This document shows positions 1 to 10,490 of a DNA stretch of 64,000 nt, in pieces. The notes under the pieces are model-generated. The model did not search any database. It was given only the letters and a program-made list of their open reading frames with translations, and was not told the DNA's origin. The translations under genes and the position numbers were made by a program. Origin of the DNA: an uncultured virus (IMG/VR IMGVR_UViG_3300018080_000169) (taxonomy: Duplodnaviria; Heunggongvirae; Uroviricota; Caudoviricetes); the IMG/VR virus record IMGVR_UViG_3300018080_000169; one strand, given 5' to 3'. Position 1 is the stretch's first letter; every line of letters starts with the position of its first letter.

Positions 1-90
1 AAAAAAAGTTAAAACAAACAAAAATGTTTAACCAGTAAAAAAACATTTATTAAACAATATTTTTTCAAATAACTTATTATATCTTAATAA

Positions 91-345
91 TTAAAATAAA
101 TGAGTTCCAACTCTATAGCTGTTTAGTTGCTCATCTATGTCTGCAGATAAATCATAGACTTCCATTATTTTCTGCATATTTTTTCCATTGTATTCTGCCA
201 CTTTTTCTTTTAAGTCATCCCCTGGCAAAACATTTACAGGATAATCATCATAATCATAAGTATCACATACCACTATCATATGAGTAGCATTTTCTTCTTT
301 TGCTTCTTCTATCCATCTTTGGATATCTTCTTTTGTTGCTGCCAT
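91..345 (-). CDS. hypothetical phage protein
   Basis: 84 aa ORF in a co-oriented gene run; no recognised motif. Confidence 0.6.
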   Translation of the reverse strand: MAATKEDIQRWIEEAKEENATHMIVVCDTYDYDDYPVNVLPGDDLKEKVAEYNGKNMQKIMEVYDLSADIDEQLNSYRVGTHLF

Positions 346-1001
346 TTTTAAAATTTTAAATTTATATTTCTTTTTTTAAGCGTCATAAACTATTTCCTTA
401 TATTTAGAGCACTGTGGATTAACGCACCATTTTTTAGTACGACAAATTTCTTCTCCGCCATAGCCAAAAGTTTCATAATATTCTTTTCGGAGCTCTTTGC
501 CGCATACTTTACATTTTTCTGGAGTTTCTGGGAAAAGAATGCCTAAAATTACAAAAACCACAAAAATAATTAATAACCACCAATACCAAGCCATAATGTT
601 TTTATTTAAAATTTTTATATTTTTCTTTATTCTTTAAATATATTTGTTGATTTGAGTATTCGTTATATAATTCAGTCCATTTTTGAATTTCTGTTAAAAA
701 CTTATATGTTCCAAATAATTTATTGAGAAATTTTCCAAACATATTAAAGTCTTGCCTCATGCTATTAATTGTATAAACCATTAAAACAAATGCCCCAGAC
801 ATCAACCAGAATAAAAATTTAAAAAGCTTTATAGATTCAGGTGTCCAATCTGTTATAAATAAACTGAAGCTGCCCAGGATAATCCCAATCATAATTTCCC
901 CACATATTATTGACATTGCTAAAATTCTTAGCCAATACAATTTTGGTTTGTCAGGATACTTTTGTTGCAGTTCTTCTTTTGTTATAAAATTATCCATAAT
1001 A

Positions 1002-1472
1002 TTATACTTTTAATTTAAAATTTTTTGTTACTTGTTTTACATCATATAAATCTAAACATCTGTATCTGTTTGGCTGTAATATTCTTTTATATTCAATTGC
1101 TGGCATTAATTCATAATAACCATATGCTTCATCATCTATTATTAGGTACCATTTTAAATCTTCTTCTTTTATTGTATTGAGAACAAATTTATATCGACTA
1201 TGTTGGCTACCAAATATTAAATTATTTACTATAATCCCTCTTGAAGTTAAAAAATCTTTATAATCTTTTTCGCTTCCAAATCCTGAGTTCCATCCTGAAA
1301 TCATGCATAAGTCTGCATCGTAGTATTCAATTATTTTATTTAAAGATTCTACAGCCTCTTTTATAAATGATTGTTTGCCATCTTCATCCCAATGCTTTCT
1401 TTTATCATAGGACCACAGAACACCATCTATATCCAAAAAAATTATAAAGTTATTATTATTTATTTCTGACAT
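1002..1472 (-). CDS. HAD-superfamily hydrolase (Swiss-army-knife RNA-repair-like HAD)
   Basis: FLDIDGVL motif I and C-terminal LIIDDE. Confidence 0.7.
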   Translation of the reverse strand: MSEINNNNFIIFLDIDGVLWSYDKRKHWDEDGKQSFIKEAVESLNKIIEYYDADLCMISGWNSGFGSEKDYKDFLTSRGIIVNNLIFGSQHSRYKFVLNTIKEEDLKWYLIIDDEAYGYYELMPAIEYKRILQPNRYRCLDLYDVKQVTKNFKLKV

Positions 1473-2161
1473 TTTTCTTTATTAATTGCTGGCTCTTGAA
1501 TTGCAAATTCTTCTGAATTTAAACCCCCCATACATATTATATTTTCTAACTATATAAATTTTGCCATCATTTTCATAATTTTTTAAATCTTTAATTTTAG
1601 TGAAAGTGGTGGTGATTTCATCATTTGCTATTATTAATTTTGAATTAGTTTGCATTATTTCATAACAAACTTTTTCTTTTTGAATTTCTGTTTTTACTGT
1701 TGCCAAATTTCCTGTGAGTATCCAGCCTAGAACCGCAACAACAAGAAGACCAAAAAATGAAATTTGACCACCACTATCCCAATAAAATTTTATTGATAAT
1801 ATAAGCCATATAATTAAGGCTACTGTAACAATAATCAATATTAACATTAGTGTGCTCATAATATTTTATTTTTTAAAGTATTTTATATTTCTATAAATTA
1901 TTAATATAACTGGCCAAATGCTCCATAAATTTTATCAAAAGAATAAGTTGTTTCAAGAATGTGGTTTACAGTTGTTAAAGCGACCAAAAATAAAAAAATT
2001 CCACTCGCTACTCCACCTATGAAAATCTCAAATTTTTTTTGTTTTGTGTTCATAGTTTGTTTTGTGTTTATAGTTTATAATGTGTTAGTTATAGTGTTAT
2101 ACGAAAAAAATAACGATTTGTTTCAAGAAAAGTAAATTTAAGAAGGAGATTAAATAATAAC

Positions 2162-2851
2162 TTATTTTAAATTTTCATTAATCCAAACTATCTCTGATGA
2201 TTTTACCTTTTGACCTGTAATATTTGCTAGAAAAGTAAACGGTAGCCAATTTGCTTTATTGTTTTCGCAAACTATTACTTGCCCCTTTCTTTCTTTGCAC
2301 CATTGAGCAAGCTCTACATAATTAATATCATTTATAGCATAATGTTCTCCACCAAATTGATAAGGGGGGTCAATAAACCAGGTGACTTTAATATCAGGCA
2401 AGTCTTTATAATCCCCAAATTGTATTTTCCAGTGTTTAATTTCTGGCAATAAATTTGCAATACGTTTTAATTGATAATTAGTTGTGCTTGCCCAATTTGG
2501 CTTTGCTTTAACTTGGCAGCTCCATTTCTGTACAATATTTTTTGGAGCTATACTTCCTCTATTTATACAAAATCCTATTAAATCTTTATGAGGTTTTTGT
2601 AGATTTATTTGACTAATATCTTCTCCTACATAAAAATTTGAATTATTTAAAATTAACTCAGAAGCTGCATGGTTAATTAACCAATCCCAAATATCATATA
2701 TTATTTTATATTTTTCATTTAATAATACATTTTTATTTCTATGTAAAACACTATACCATGCGGCACCAGCAAAAGGCTCTATGATTAAATCATATTTAGG
2801 TGGGGGATAAAGCTTGGCTATTTTACTTTTACTTCCGTAATAACTCCACAT
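2162..2851 (-). CDS. DNA adenine methyltransferase (Dam/D12-like)
   Basis: N-terminal YYGSKSK, EPFAG SAM-binding motif, DPPY catalytic motif. Confidence 0.85.
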   Translation of the reverse strand: MWSYYGSKSKIAKLYPPPKYDLIIEPFAGAAWYSVLHRNKNVLLNEKYKIIYDIWDWLINHAASELILNNSNFYVGEDISQINLQKPHKDLIGFCINRGSIAPKNIVQKWSCQVKAKPNWASTTNYQLKRIANLLPEIKHWKIQFGDYKDLPDIKVTWFIDPPYQFGGEHYAINDINYVELAQWCKERKGQVIVCENNKANWLPFTFLANITGQKVKSSEIVWINENLK

Positions 2852-3462
2852 TATGAAATGTTTTTCATATATTCAAAAACTTCATCTATGCTTATGGGAT
2901 AAAAATTACAGTTATCAACTCCAACATCTAATATTCTATTTTCTTCTGATTTATATTTTCCGTGTGAATGACCATGTAAATGAAAACTGTCTTCGGGATA
3001 ATCATTTCCATAAACAGATTGAAGTATTTTTTTTAAAGTCCCGTTTCCATGAAGATGAAAACCTTTTGCAGCTGTTTTTCCTCGCCAGCTTACAATGGGA
3101 TAATGAAATAGACATATTAATCTGTATTTGTTTGGAGCTGTTTCATCTGGGATTTTTAATTCATGATAATCTTTTATCCATTCAAAAAGATTTCTGACAT
3201 GTTCTCTGTTTAGAACTGTTTTTTCATGATTTCCACGTACTAAATATTTTTTCCCATTTAATTGTTCTATAATATATTTTGCTTTAATCGGATTTCCAAA
3301 AGCAACATCTCCTAAATGATAAACTTCATCATCATTAGAAACTTTTTCATTCCAATTTCTCATTAAAGTTTCATCATGCTCTTGAATTGAATCAAAGCCT
3401 CTTGCTTTAAAGATGAAGTCTTTGTTATGAGACAAATGTGTATCGGATGTGAACCAAATCAT
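2851..3462 (-). CDS. calcineurin-like metallophosphoesterase
   Basis: SDTH, LGD, GNHE and HGHSH motifs. Confidence 0.85.
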   Translation of the reverse strand: MIWFTSDTHLSHNKDFIFKARGFDSIQEHDETLMRNWNEKVSNDDEVYHLGDVAFGNPIKAKYIIEQLNGKKYLVRGNHEKTVLNREHVRNLFEWIKDYHELKIPDETAPNKYRLICLFHYPIVSWRGKTAAKGFHLHGNGTLKKILQSVYGNDYPEDSFHLHGHSHGKYKSEENRILDVGVDNCNFYPISIDEVFEYMKNIS

Positions 3463-3610
3463 TATTTATCAAAATCAAATATTATATCCAACATATAAAA
3501 AAGCCAGAATATTATTATAATTAAAAAACAAATGCTTTCTGGAAATTCTTTTATAAATTCCATATTTTAAATTTTTACAAAAATAAAATATATAAATAAA
3601 CAAAACAAAT

Positions 3611-4153
3611 TTATTGTAATAAATTTTTGAATTGTCCAGTCTCGATTGCTTTAGATATGTTTTTCAAAACAGTTTCTTCATCATCTCCTAAGAAAGCTAA
3701 TACAGAAGAAATCATTTTTATAAAAGATTCTTCAAATGAAGAAAAGAATTCAAATGTTTTTTGAGTTAATGGTAATTTAAAATACTTTTCATTATAAAAA
3801 TTCCATATTTTGTCTTTTGTTATAAACATTAAATCTGAAAAAGGTTTATGTATTTTGCCTGCAATATCTTCCCCATAACATTCTACATAATTCATTTCTT
3901 TTTCGTCCACAACTTTCATTTTGTATTCTTCTACATTATCTCCTAATGTTACAGTAACAGTAGGATACCATTCAAAGACTAATGCTTTTTCATCTTTGTA
4001 AAATTCATTGCTGCCACCTTTATTGCTTGTTCTTTTCCACATTTCTGCAGTCATTAAAGCATCAGGCATTTTTCTTTTTATAGCCTTTGAAATATGAAAG
4101 TTATAAGTAATAAAAAACTCATATTTTGTCTCCAGAGTATTATAAACATTCAT
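3611..4153 (-). pseudogene. C-terminal part of a gene interrupted by IS607; its ATG is supplied by the IS end
   Basis: Joins in frame with 5917-6120 at TATAATA when the IS is removed. Confidence 0.7.
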
Positions 4154-4223
4154 AAAAAATTTTGCTAAATATTGATTTTTTTTAATTTTTTTATATATTT
4201 ATAATAAATAGATTTTTATTAAT

Positions 4224-4820
4224 ATGCAAAAATATATAAAATTATCTGAATATGCAAAGAAAAGTGGCATAAATTATTTTACTGCATATAGGCATTTTTA
4301 TAAAGGATATTTGGATGGCAAAAAATTACCAACTGGTACTATTTTAATTAAAGATATTGAAACAGAAGATATTTCATTAATAAAGAAAGAAGATAAAGTT
4401 GCTATTTATGCAAGAGTATCTTCGGCTGAAAACAAAAATAATTTAAACAAACAAGTTGAAAGGATGATTTTATATGCTAATGCTAAAGGATATAAAGTAG
4501 ATAAAATAGTAAAAGAAATTGGTTCTGGTTTAAATGACAAAAGAAAAAAATTAGAGGAACTTTTATTAGATGATTCTATCACATTAATTATTGTTGAACA
4601 CAAAGACAGATTGGTTAGATTTGGTTTAAATTATATTTCTATTTTATTAAATAAATTAGATAAAAAAATAGAGATTGTAAATGGCGCAACAGATGAAAGG
4701 GAAGATTTAATGCAGGACTTTATTGCTATAATAACATCTTTTTGTGCAAGACTTTATGGGCAAAGAAGAAATAAAAGAAAAACTGAAAAATTAATAAAAG
4801 AACTTGAAAGATGCAAATAA
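4224..4820 (+). CDS. tnpA: IS607 serine recombinase/transposase
   Basis: N-terminal HTH, YARVSS catalytic Ser, EIGSG, EHKDRLVRFG, SFCARLYG. Confidence 0.93.
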   Translation: MQKYIKLSEYAKKSGINYFTAYRHFYKGYLDGKKLPTGTILIKDIETEDISLIKKEDKVAIYARVSSAENKNNLNKQVERMILYANAKGYKVDKIVKEIGSGLNDKRKKLEELLLDDSITLIIVEHKDRLVRFGLNYISILLNKLDKKIEIVNGATDEREDLMQDFIAIITSFCARLYGQRRNKRKTEKLIKELERCK

Positions 4821-5920
4821 CACGGATGAGCAGGCATAGTTTGAAGTTTTCAACAGACAAGAAGAAGAATTTGTTGGAGGATTTATTTTCTGTTTATAAA
4901 ATTGATTTGCAATATTATATTGATTTGTTGTGGGATGGGAAACTTGAGTTAAGCAAGAATCTATCTTCAAAGGTTCTTCCAATAAATAATATTGAGCATT
5001 CAAGGTGGAGACAGAACATATATAAACAGGCATCGGAGATTGTTCGTTCTTGCAGAAAAAGGAAAAAGAAAAGCAAACCTGAAATTAAGGAGATAACAAT
5101 AAACTTGGATGAGAGATTTTTTGATATAAAAGAAGTTAATTCCAATGAATTTGCTCAATATATAAAAATCATATTTCCTTTTTTTAAAGAAGGAAAAAGA
5201 AGGACAATCCAAGCAAAATATCCGATAAAGCAACATAAACACAGCTTAAAGTTTTCTAATTGGCAGAGAGCCAACACAGTTCAGTTAAAAAAAACAAATA
5301 ATCAATTTTATTTGAATTTCATTTATAAAAAAGAGATTGAATTAAAATCCAAAAAGAAAGAAACATCAATTGCTTTTGATGCAGGTTATAAGAAAATGCT
5401 GGTTGACCACAAGGGAAATGCAATTGGAGTTGAAATAAATGATTTATATAAAAAGATAAGCAACAAACAACAAGGAAGCAAATCGTTTGAAAAGGCTTTA
5501 AGAGAAAGAAACAGCAGGATAAATGAAGAATTAAATAAATTTGATTTATCTCAAATAAGCCATGTTGTTATTGAAAGATTAAAATCAGTTCATAAAAACA
5601 AGAGAAAAGATAAAAAAAGAACGAGAAAACAAATGAATAAGCAACAGAGATGGGTTTATTCATATATCTCAAATAAGCTGGAGAGACTTTGCGAGGAAAA
5701 CGGTGTTTGTCTGACCAAAGTAAACCCAGCTTATACGTCTCAAACTTGTTCTTTTTGCGGAAACATTGATAAATCTTCAAGAAAAGGAGAAATATATCAC
5801 TGCAAGAAATGTAAAATAAAGATGGATGCAGACCATAATGCAGCTATTAATATTTTTCACAGAGGAGTCTATGGTCCCTCTGAACAAGAGAAAAGCAAGA
5901 TTTGTATAAATTTTGTTTAA
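4811..5920 (+). CDS. tnpB: TnpB RNA-guided endonuclease
   Basis: RuvC-I AFDAG, RuvC-II VIERL, PAYTSQTCSFCG...CKKC zinc ribbon, RuvC-III DADHNAAINI; D-E-D triad intact. Confidence 0.9.
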   Translation: MQITRMSRHSLKFSTDKKKNLLEDLFSVYKIDLQYYIDLLWDGKLELSKNLSSKVLPINNIEHSRWRQNIYKQASEIVRSCRKRKKKSKPEIKEITINLDERFFDIKEVNSNEFAQYIKIIFPFFKEGKRRTIQAKYPIKQHKHSLKFSNWQRANTVQLKKTNNQFYLNFIYKKEIELKSKKKETSIAFDAGYKKMLVDHKGNAIGVEINDLYKKISNKQQGSKSFEKALRERNSRINEELNKFDLSQISHVVIERLKSVHKNKRKDKKRTRKQMNKQQRWVYSYISNKLERLCEENGVCLTKVNPAYTSQTCSFCGNIDKSSRKGEIYHCKKCKIKMDADHNAAINIFHRGVYGPSEQEKSKICINFV

Positions 5921-6120
5921 CTATTATAATCTCTTATCTTATTTATCAAATAAGCTTTCACTTCATCAAAGCAGTGCTTTTCTATTTTTTCTTCTAAATT
6001 TAATGCTTTTACTATAGATTCTTTTGGTTCACACCAAAAAACCCCATTTGTATTAACATTTACTCTGAATTGATGCTCAACCCCTTTAACCTTAAACTTT
6101 AATATTTTAAATAATGCCAT
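5917..6120 (-). pseudogene. N-terminal part of the gene interrupted by IS607
   Basis: Ends ...IRDYN at the IS junction; stop codon lies inside the IS end. Confidence 0.7.
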
Positions 6121-6121
6121 T

Positions 6122-6448
6122 TTAATATTTTTTTAATTTTTCTCTAATAAGATGTTCCCATTTATCTAACTTTCTATCTGTAGCTTCTATTAGATTTTCA
6201 AATGTGTGACCATGGATTTTGTTGATGATAACCAACATCATTAACACATCAGCGCATTCATATTTAATTTCATCTTTTATTTTATTATCATCCATTTCAC
6301 GCTTATTATACTTATATCCTTCCAGCATCAGAATTAACTCCCCAAGTTCTCCAATTTCTTCAACCATTTTAATGAACTTGGGCATCGCTTTTCTTGGGTC
6401 CAAGCTATCCAGGTGATAAATTCTTTTTATGAGCGCATCAATATTCAT
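6122..6448 (-). CDS. MazG-like nucleotide pyrophosphohydrolase
   Basis: KMVEEIGELGE...ECADVL (EExxE...ExxD) motif. Confidence 0.8.
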   Translation of the reverse strand: MNIDALIKRIYHLDSLDPRKAMPKFIKMVEEIGELGELILMLEGYKYNKREMDDNKIKDEIKYECADVLMMLVIINKIHGHTFENLIEATDRKLDKWEHLIREKLKKY

Positions 6449-6848
6449 TTATTCCTCGTTTTCTATTTCTTTAATTTGTTCTCGCAATTTCTGTATTTTC
6501 TCCCATTTCTTTTTATTCCTTTTGGTTTCTGCTTCATATTTCTCAATTTCCTCTTTTGTTGCATTGCGTATTTTTAAACCTGTAGCATAATAACCAATGT
6601 GGTCGGTATGATACATTATTTCAACATAATTACAGCCTGCTTTTTTTAAATTTTCAAGCATTTTTATTAGTCTTTCTATTTTAATAGGATAAGAATCATT
6701 CGCCCAATAGTTGTTTTTATTTTCTTTCCTAATGACATTAAGCTCCTCTTTGCAGTTATCATGTTTTAAATCAGCATATAAATCAAAGTCAATTTCAGAA
6801 GCAGATTCTTCTTTTTTATAATCAAATGTAATATATCTTTTTTTCATA

Positions 6849-7343
6849 TTAATATAATTTATTCCACAGTTGGCATTCTTTAATAGATATTTTTATTTCT
6901 TTTTCAGAATCTTCATTTAAATATTCTATAAGAGAATCAATAAAGTGCCCCGCTTTTCCTATTAAAATGCCTGGTCTGTGAGTAGTTATTTCAATTGTAA
7001 CAGCATCGGCATTGTTTTCTAATATTTTAACGTCTGTTATTGTTGTTTCATATTGCCAGTCATTAAATCTGAAAAATTGATGCAACTTTCTTCTAAAGAG
7101 TTGAGTTTCTTCATTAACCTCATTGTGTTCCCACTTATTTTTATTTATAATTAAATCTGTCGCAATTTTTTCAGATGCTTTGTTTATTTTTTTTAACAAC
7201 TCATTTTCATTTTCATCCCATGCTTTGTTTTTTCTAAAACCAGCTTCAGTTAAAAAATCAACTATGCCATGTTGAACTGAACTTTTAAATCTAGTTTTCA
7301 ACGGAATTTCTTCTCTTAATTTCTTTAATTTTTCGTTCCTCAT
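6849..7343 (-). CDS. protein with a C-terminal type II KH domain resembling that of ribosomal protein uS3
   Basis: IEITTHRPGILIGKAG resembles uS3 KH TARPGIVIGKKG (GxxG loop). Confidence 0.65.
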   Translation of the reverse strand: MRNEKLKKLREEIPLKTRFKSSVQHGIVDFLTEAGFRKNKAWDENENELLKKINKASEKIATDLIINKNKWEHNEVNEETQLFRRKLHQFFRFNDWQYETTITDVKILENNADAVTIEITTHRPGILIGKAGHFIDSLIEYLNEDSEKEIKISIKECQLWNKLY

Positions 7344-7348
7344 AAAAT

Positions 7349-7681
7349 TTATTTTTTTTCTTTAAATTTATAACATTCACAATATTTACAGCCTACAGGC
7401 TCCATGTTATCATATGTATCAAAGTGTCTATAATAAGGATGTCCGCAGTCGCACATTCTATTGTCGCCAAAATTTGGATTGTATTTATTTCTTTCGAGGA
7501 TATTTAACCCATCAATACGAAATTCTTGGACATAAGGTGGCTGATTGGCAGGAGTCAGTTTTTTAAGCAATTGTATCTTCATTTCATTCATGAATTTTAT
7601 TTGCTCAATAAGACTGGCTATTGTCTTATCTATAGTTTCTATATCGGATTTAATTTTTGAATTATCCATAATGATTTTCAT
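7349..7681 (-). CDS. hypothetical protein with C-terminal Cys/His zinc-binding motif
   Basis: CDCGH...H...CKYCEC; class I promoter directly upstream. Confidence 0.55.
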   Translation of the reverse strand: MKIIMDNSKIKSDIETIDKTIASLIEQIKFMNEMKIQLLKKLTPANQPPYVQEFRIDGLNILERNKYNPNFGDNRMCDCGHPYYRHFDTYDNMEPVGCKYCECYKFKEKK

Positions 7682-7740
7682 TTATTATTTTATACGAAAA
7701 AATTATGGATTTGTTTCAATAAAAAATTTAAAAAAAGAAA

Positions 7741-8277
7741 TTAATATTTATATATCTTATATTTTAGAGGCTGAGCGCCCTTATTAATCACTATTTCTTT
7801 TTCATCTCCATGAGCAAAGCTTTGCAATAAAGTAGCAAGCGGATGAACATCTTCTTTTTTGAATTTTGCCCCAATTATGAATAATTCATCTTCATTTTCA
7901 TATGTTAATCCAATACTGCTGTGAAACCAAGGTTTATATAATAATTCATTATCCCACGTCCAATGAGACCCTAAATCTGCCTCATCTAAATTCTTTATGT
8001 CTCCTTCTTCTAGACTAATTATTCTATATAGTTCAATGGTATCAGGAAAATTTTCTAAACCTCTTAATGTTCCATCGTTTAAATCAAAGCCAAAATTTCT
8101 TGACATAAAATCTCTTACGGCTTCTTTAAATTCTTTTTCTTCTTCTTCATCTAAATATTCACCCCACATTTTATAGACAAAATAATCAACATCATCTTCT
8201 GTCAAACCAAAAGAATAATTATGGATAGGATTGTTGTTCTCTAATATTTCTCTTATTAATTTTCTTAGGTTAGTCAT
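7741..8277 (-). CDS. hypothetical protein, possibly virion-associated
   Basis: 178 aa; N-terminal LRKLIREILE similar to that of 10491-11240. Confidence 0.5.
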   Translation of the reverse strand: MTNLRKLIREILENNNPIHNYSFGLTEDDVDYFVYKMWGEYLDEEEEKEFKEAVRDFMSRNFGFDLNDGTLRGLENFPDTIELYRIISLEEGDIKNLDEADLGSHWTWDNELLYKPWFHSSIGLTYENEDELFIIGAKFKKEDVHPLATLLQSFAHGDEKEIVINKGAQPLKYKIYKY

Positions 8278-8335
8278 CTCTTATATAAATAGATAAAAAT
8301 TAAGAGATGAAGATAGATTTAATTAAAAAATTTTT

Positions 8336-8770
8336 CTAGAATTTAGCGATTTCCCAGTTTTCAACATCTCCATCTACGACATAAAACATTGGGTGAGTAT
8401 CAATAGCTGGGCAAGACAAAACTTCTTTATATTTTTTAAAATCTCTAACTTTCAATTTATTTAAAAGATGAATTGTTTCATATTGAATCTGTCCAAGCGT
8501 AACTGGTATCATTGTTGCATTAATATCCCAATTAATTAGATTTCTATTATATTTATATTTTCTTCTTTTAGATTCATAATAAATACTTATCATATATTGG
8601 TTTATGCAATCTACAGGATTTTCAGCTTTTTTAAATCTATTAAGTTGAGGATGATTTTTATATCCTTCTCTTAGCCCTTTTAAAGCATTTTTTGCGATAA
8701 TAGATTCAAGCCAGAGACCGCCTAAGCCTTTTTTATCTAAATATTTTGGATGGAGTGACCAAATTCTCAT
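8336..8770 (-). CDS. pyrimidine dimer DNA glycosylase/endonuclease V-like protein
   Basis: MRIWSLHPKYLD..GL..LW.E and GYKNHPQL.RF family signature. Confidence 0.75.
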   Translation of the reverse strand: MRIWSLHPKYLDKKGLGGLWLESIIAKNALKGLREGYKNHPQLNRFKKAENPVDCINQYMISIYYESKRRKYKYNRNLINWDINATMIPVTLGQIQYETIHLLNKLKVRDFKKYKEVLSCPAIDTHPMFYVVDGDVENWEIAKF

Positions 8771-9256
8771 TTTATTATATGAATTTCATACCATTCATAT
8801 ACCAATATACTAACGCAATAAGTGATAAAAGCCCTATGCTCCACATATATTTTGGCAACTGAGCGGCTTTTGGCGCATTTTTGATTACATATACTGTCCA
8901 ATCAAAGATTGTAACTGCTGATATGACAACTAAGACAGCAATTATAATTAATTCAAATCTATTCATTTTTAATTTATTTTGGTTTCAAAAATAATTTATC
9001 TTTAGTAATTTTGGCAACTTCAAGCCCCCAGCATCCTAACTACAAATAATCTCTATATTTATATCCAACTCTGCTTCCCCACGTTCCTATCAATGTGCCC
9101 TTTTTGGAAATGTGAAATTTGTCATATTTAGTGAAATCATCCCAATCAAAATGTGTGTTTAATATTGTTAATCCACATTTTTGAGTTACCTCAAGAGTAG
9201 CTCCATCAATTAGATTTCCTCGTGCCATTAGTTATTTATTCTTAATTTTCTTCATT

Positions 9257-9991
9257 TTAATCCCAATCATCACAATAATCACAGTCTCCAAATTCATTTA
9301 ATTTTTCGCAACAATATTCACATGCTTCACACTCACATTCATCTATGTGTTTAAAACAATCTTCGCATATTTCACCATCTTCAATGCCCTTTTTAATAAT
9401 AAGTCTCTCTTTAAACCAACTATTCATATATCCATTTTTTTTCAAGAAAGGCTGATATTTTTCTTCCAGCGTCTCTATTTCATTAAGATTATCGGAACAA
9501 ATTTCAGGCCAGATATCAAAATATATCGTGTCAAATTTTTTCTTTGGAGTGTATTCAAATATATCAGCACATATAATTTTCAATTTCGGATTATCAAACT
9601 TTGGTCCAACCAAATCAATTACATCCTGATATTTTTCTATAATAACAACTTCTATAGCTTCTTCTTTTTCTAAAATTGGAGGCAAGATAAGACCGAGACC
9701 AAGCCCAGCAATTAAGACTTTGCCTTTAGCTTTTTCGATAATATCATGATTGCTCATTCTTTCCATTGCTGTATCAGACATCATTAATTTGCCATCCACA
9801 AATAATCTAACATATTTGCCATCATACATACGGAACATCGGGTCATCTCTCAATGCCCTCAAATTAAATAAAGTACACCCTGCTTCTTTTGAATTAAAAA
9901 CATATTTTGATATCTTTGCAAGCCCTTTTTCTTCTACTTCATCATAAAAGCGCTCAACTCCTTTTATTTTTGTTATTTTTTCAATTTTCAT
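9257..9991 (-). CDS. class I SAM-dependent methyltransferase (spermidine-synthase-like fold) with Cys-rich tail
   Basis: VLIAGLGLG, IIEK, DTIYFDIW. Confidence 0.7.
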   Translation of the reverse strand: MKIEKITKIKGVERFYDEVEEKGLAKISKYVFNSKEAGCTLFNLRALRDDPMFRMYDGKYVRLFVDGKLMMSDTAMERMSNHDIIEKAKGKVLIAGLGLGLILPPILEKEEAIEVVIIEKYQDVIDLVGPKFDNPKLKIICADIFEYTPKKKFDTIYFDIWPEICSDNLNEIETLEEKYQPFLKKNGYMNSWFKERLIIKKGIEDGEICEDCFKHIDECECEACEYCCEKLNEFGDCDYCDDWD

Positions 9992-10490
9992 TATCTAAAT
10001 ATTTTGATGCCTTCTATTTTTTCATTTTTTATATCGTCAACTTTTTCTATAATGGATTTCCCAAATTCATCCAGTCTTTTGTACAGCTTTTTTAATTTAT
10101 CTGCATTGTCTTTATTTTCGCACATTTCTATCCATTTTTCTATCAGAGCCTGATTTAAATCTGGATGATTTAAACTAGAAACACTTAAGTCATGAAATTT
10201 TTTATGCCAAAATGCTACTCCATCACTTATTTGTTTTATTTTCATGTCTAATGGATAACAACTATCATTAAGATGTCCGCCCATCGTGCAAATTCCATCA
10301 CTCACTCCAGTAATTTCGCCATCTTCAATTTTTAGTATTTGCTGTAACTTAAATTCACAGAAACACCAATCGCCTTCTTTAAATTCTGATTTTTTCATTT
10401 TTAAAAAGTTTAGATTTTTAATTTGTTATACGAAAAAAAATTTGATTTGTTTCAAAAAATATACCTATTTATTTTAAATGGCTCAGTAAA

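Larger units (their letters stand above)
4138..5928 (+). mobile_element. IS607-family element (tnpA + tnpB)
   Basis: Overlapping tnpA/tnpB; identical TATTATA at 4138-4144 and 5922-5928; interrupts a minus-strand gene. Confidence 0.85.

Noticed and set aside
4138..5928. IStron (group I intron + IS607) or a Cas12f CRISPR system
   Set aside because: Only about 80 bp precede tnpA, the element is antisense to the host gene, and there is no CRISPR array
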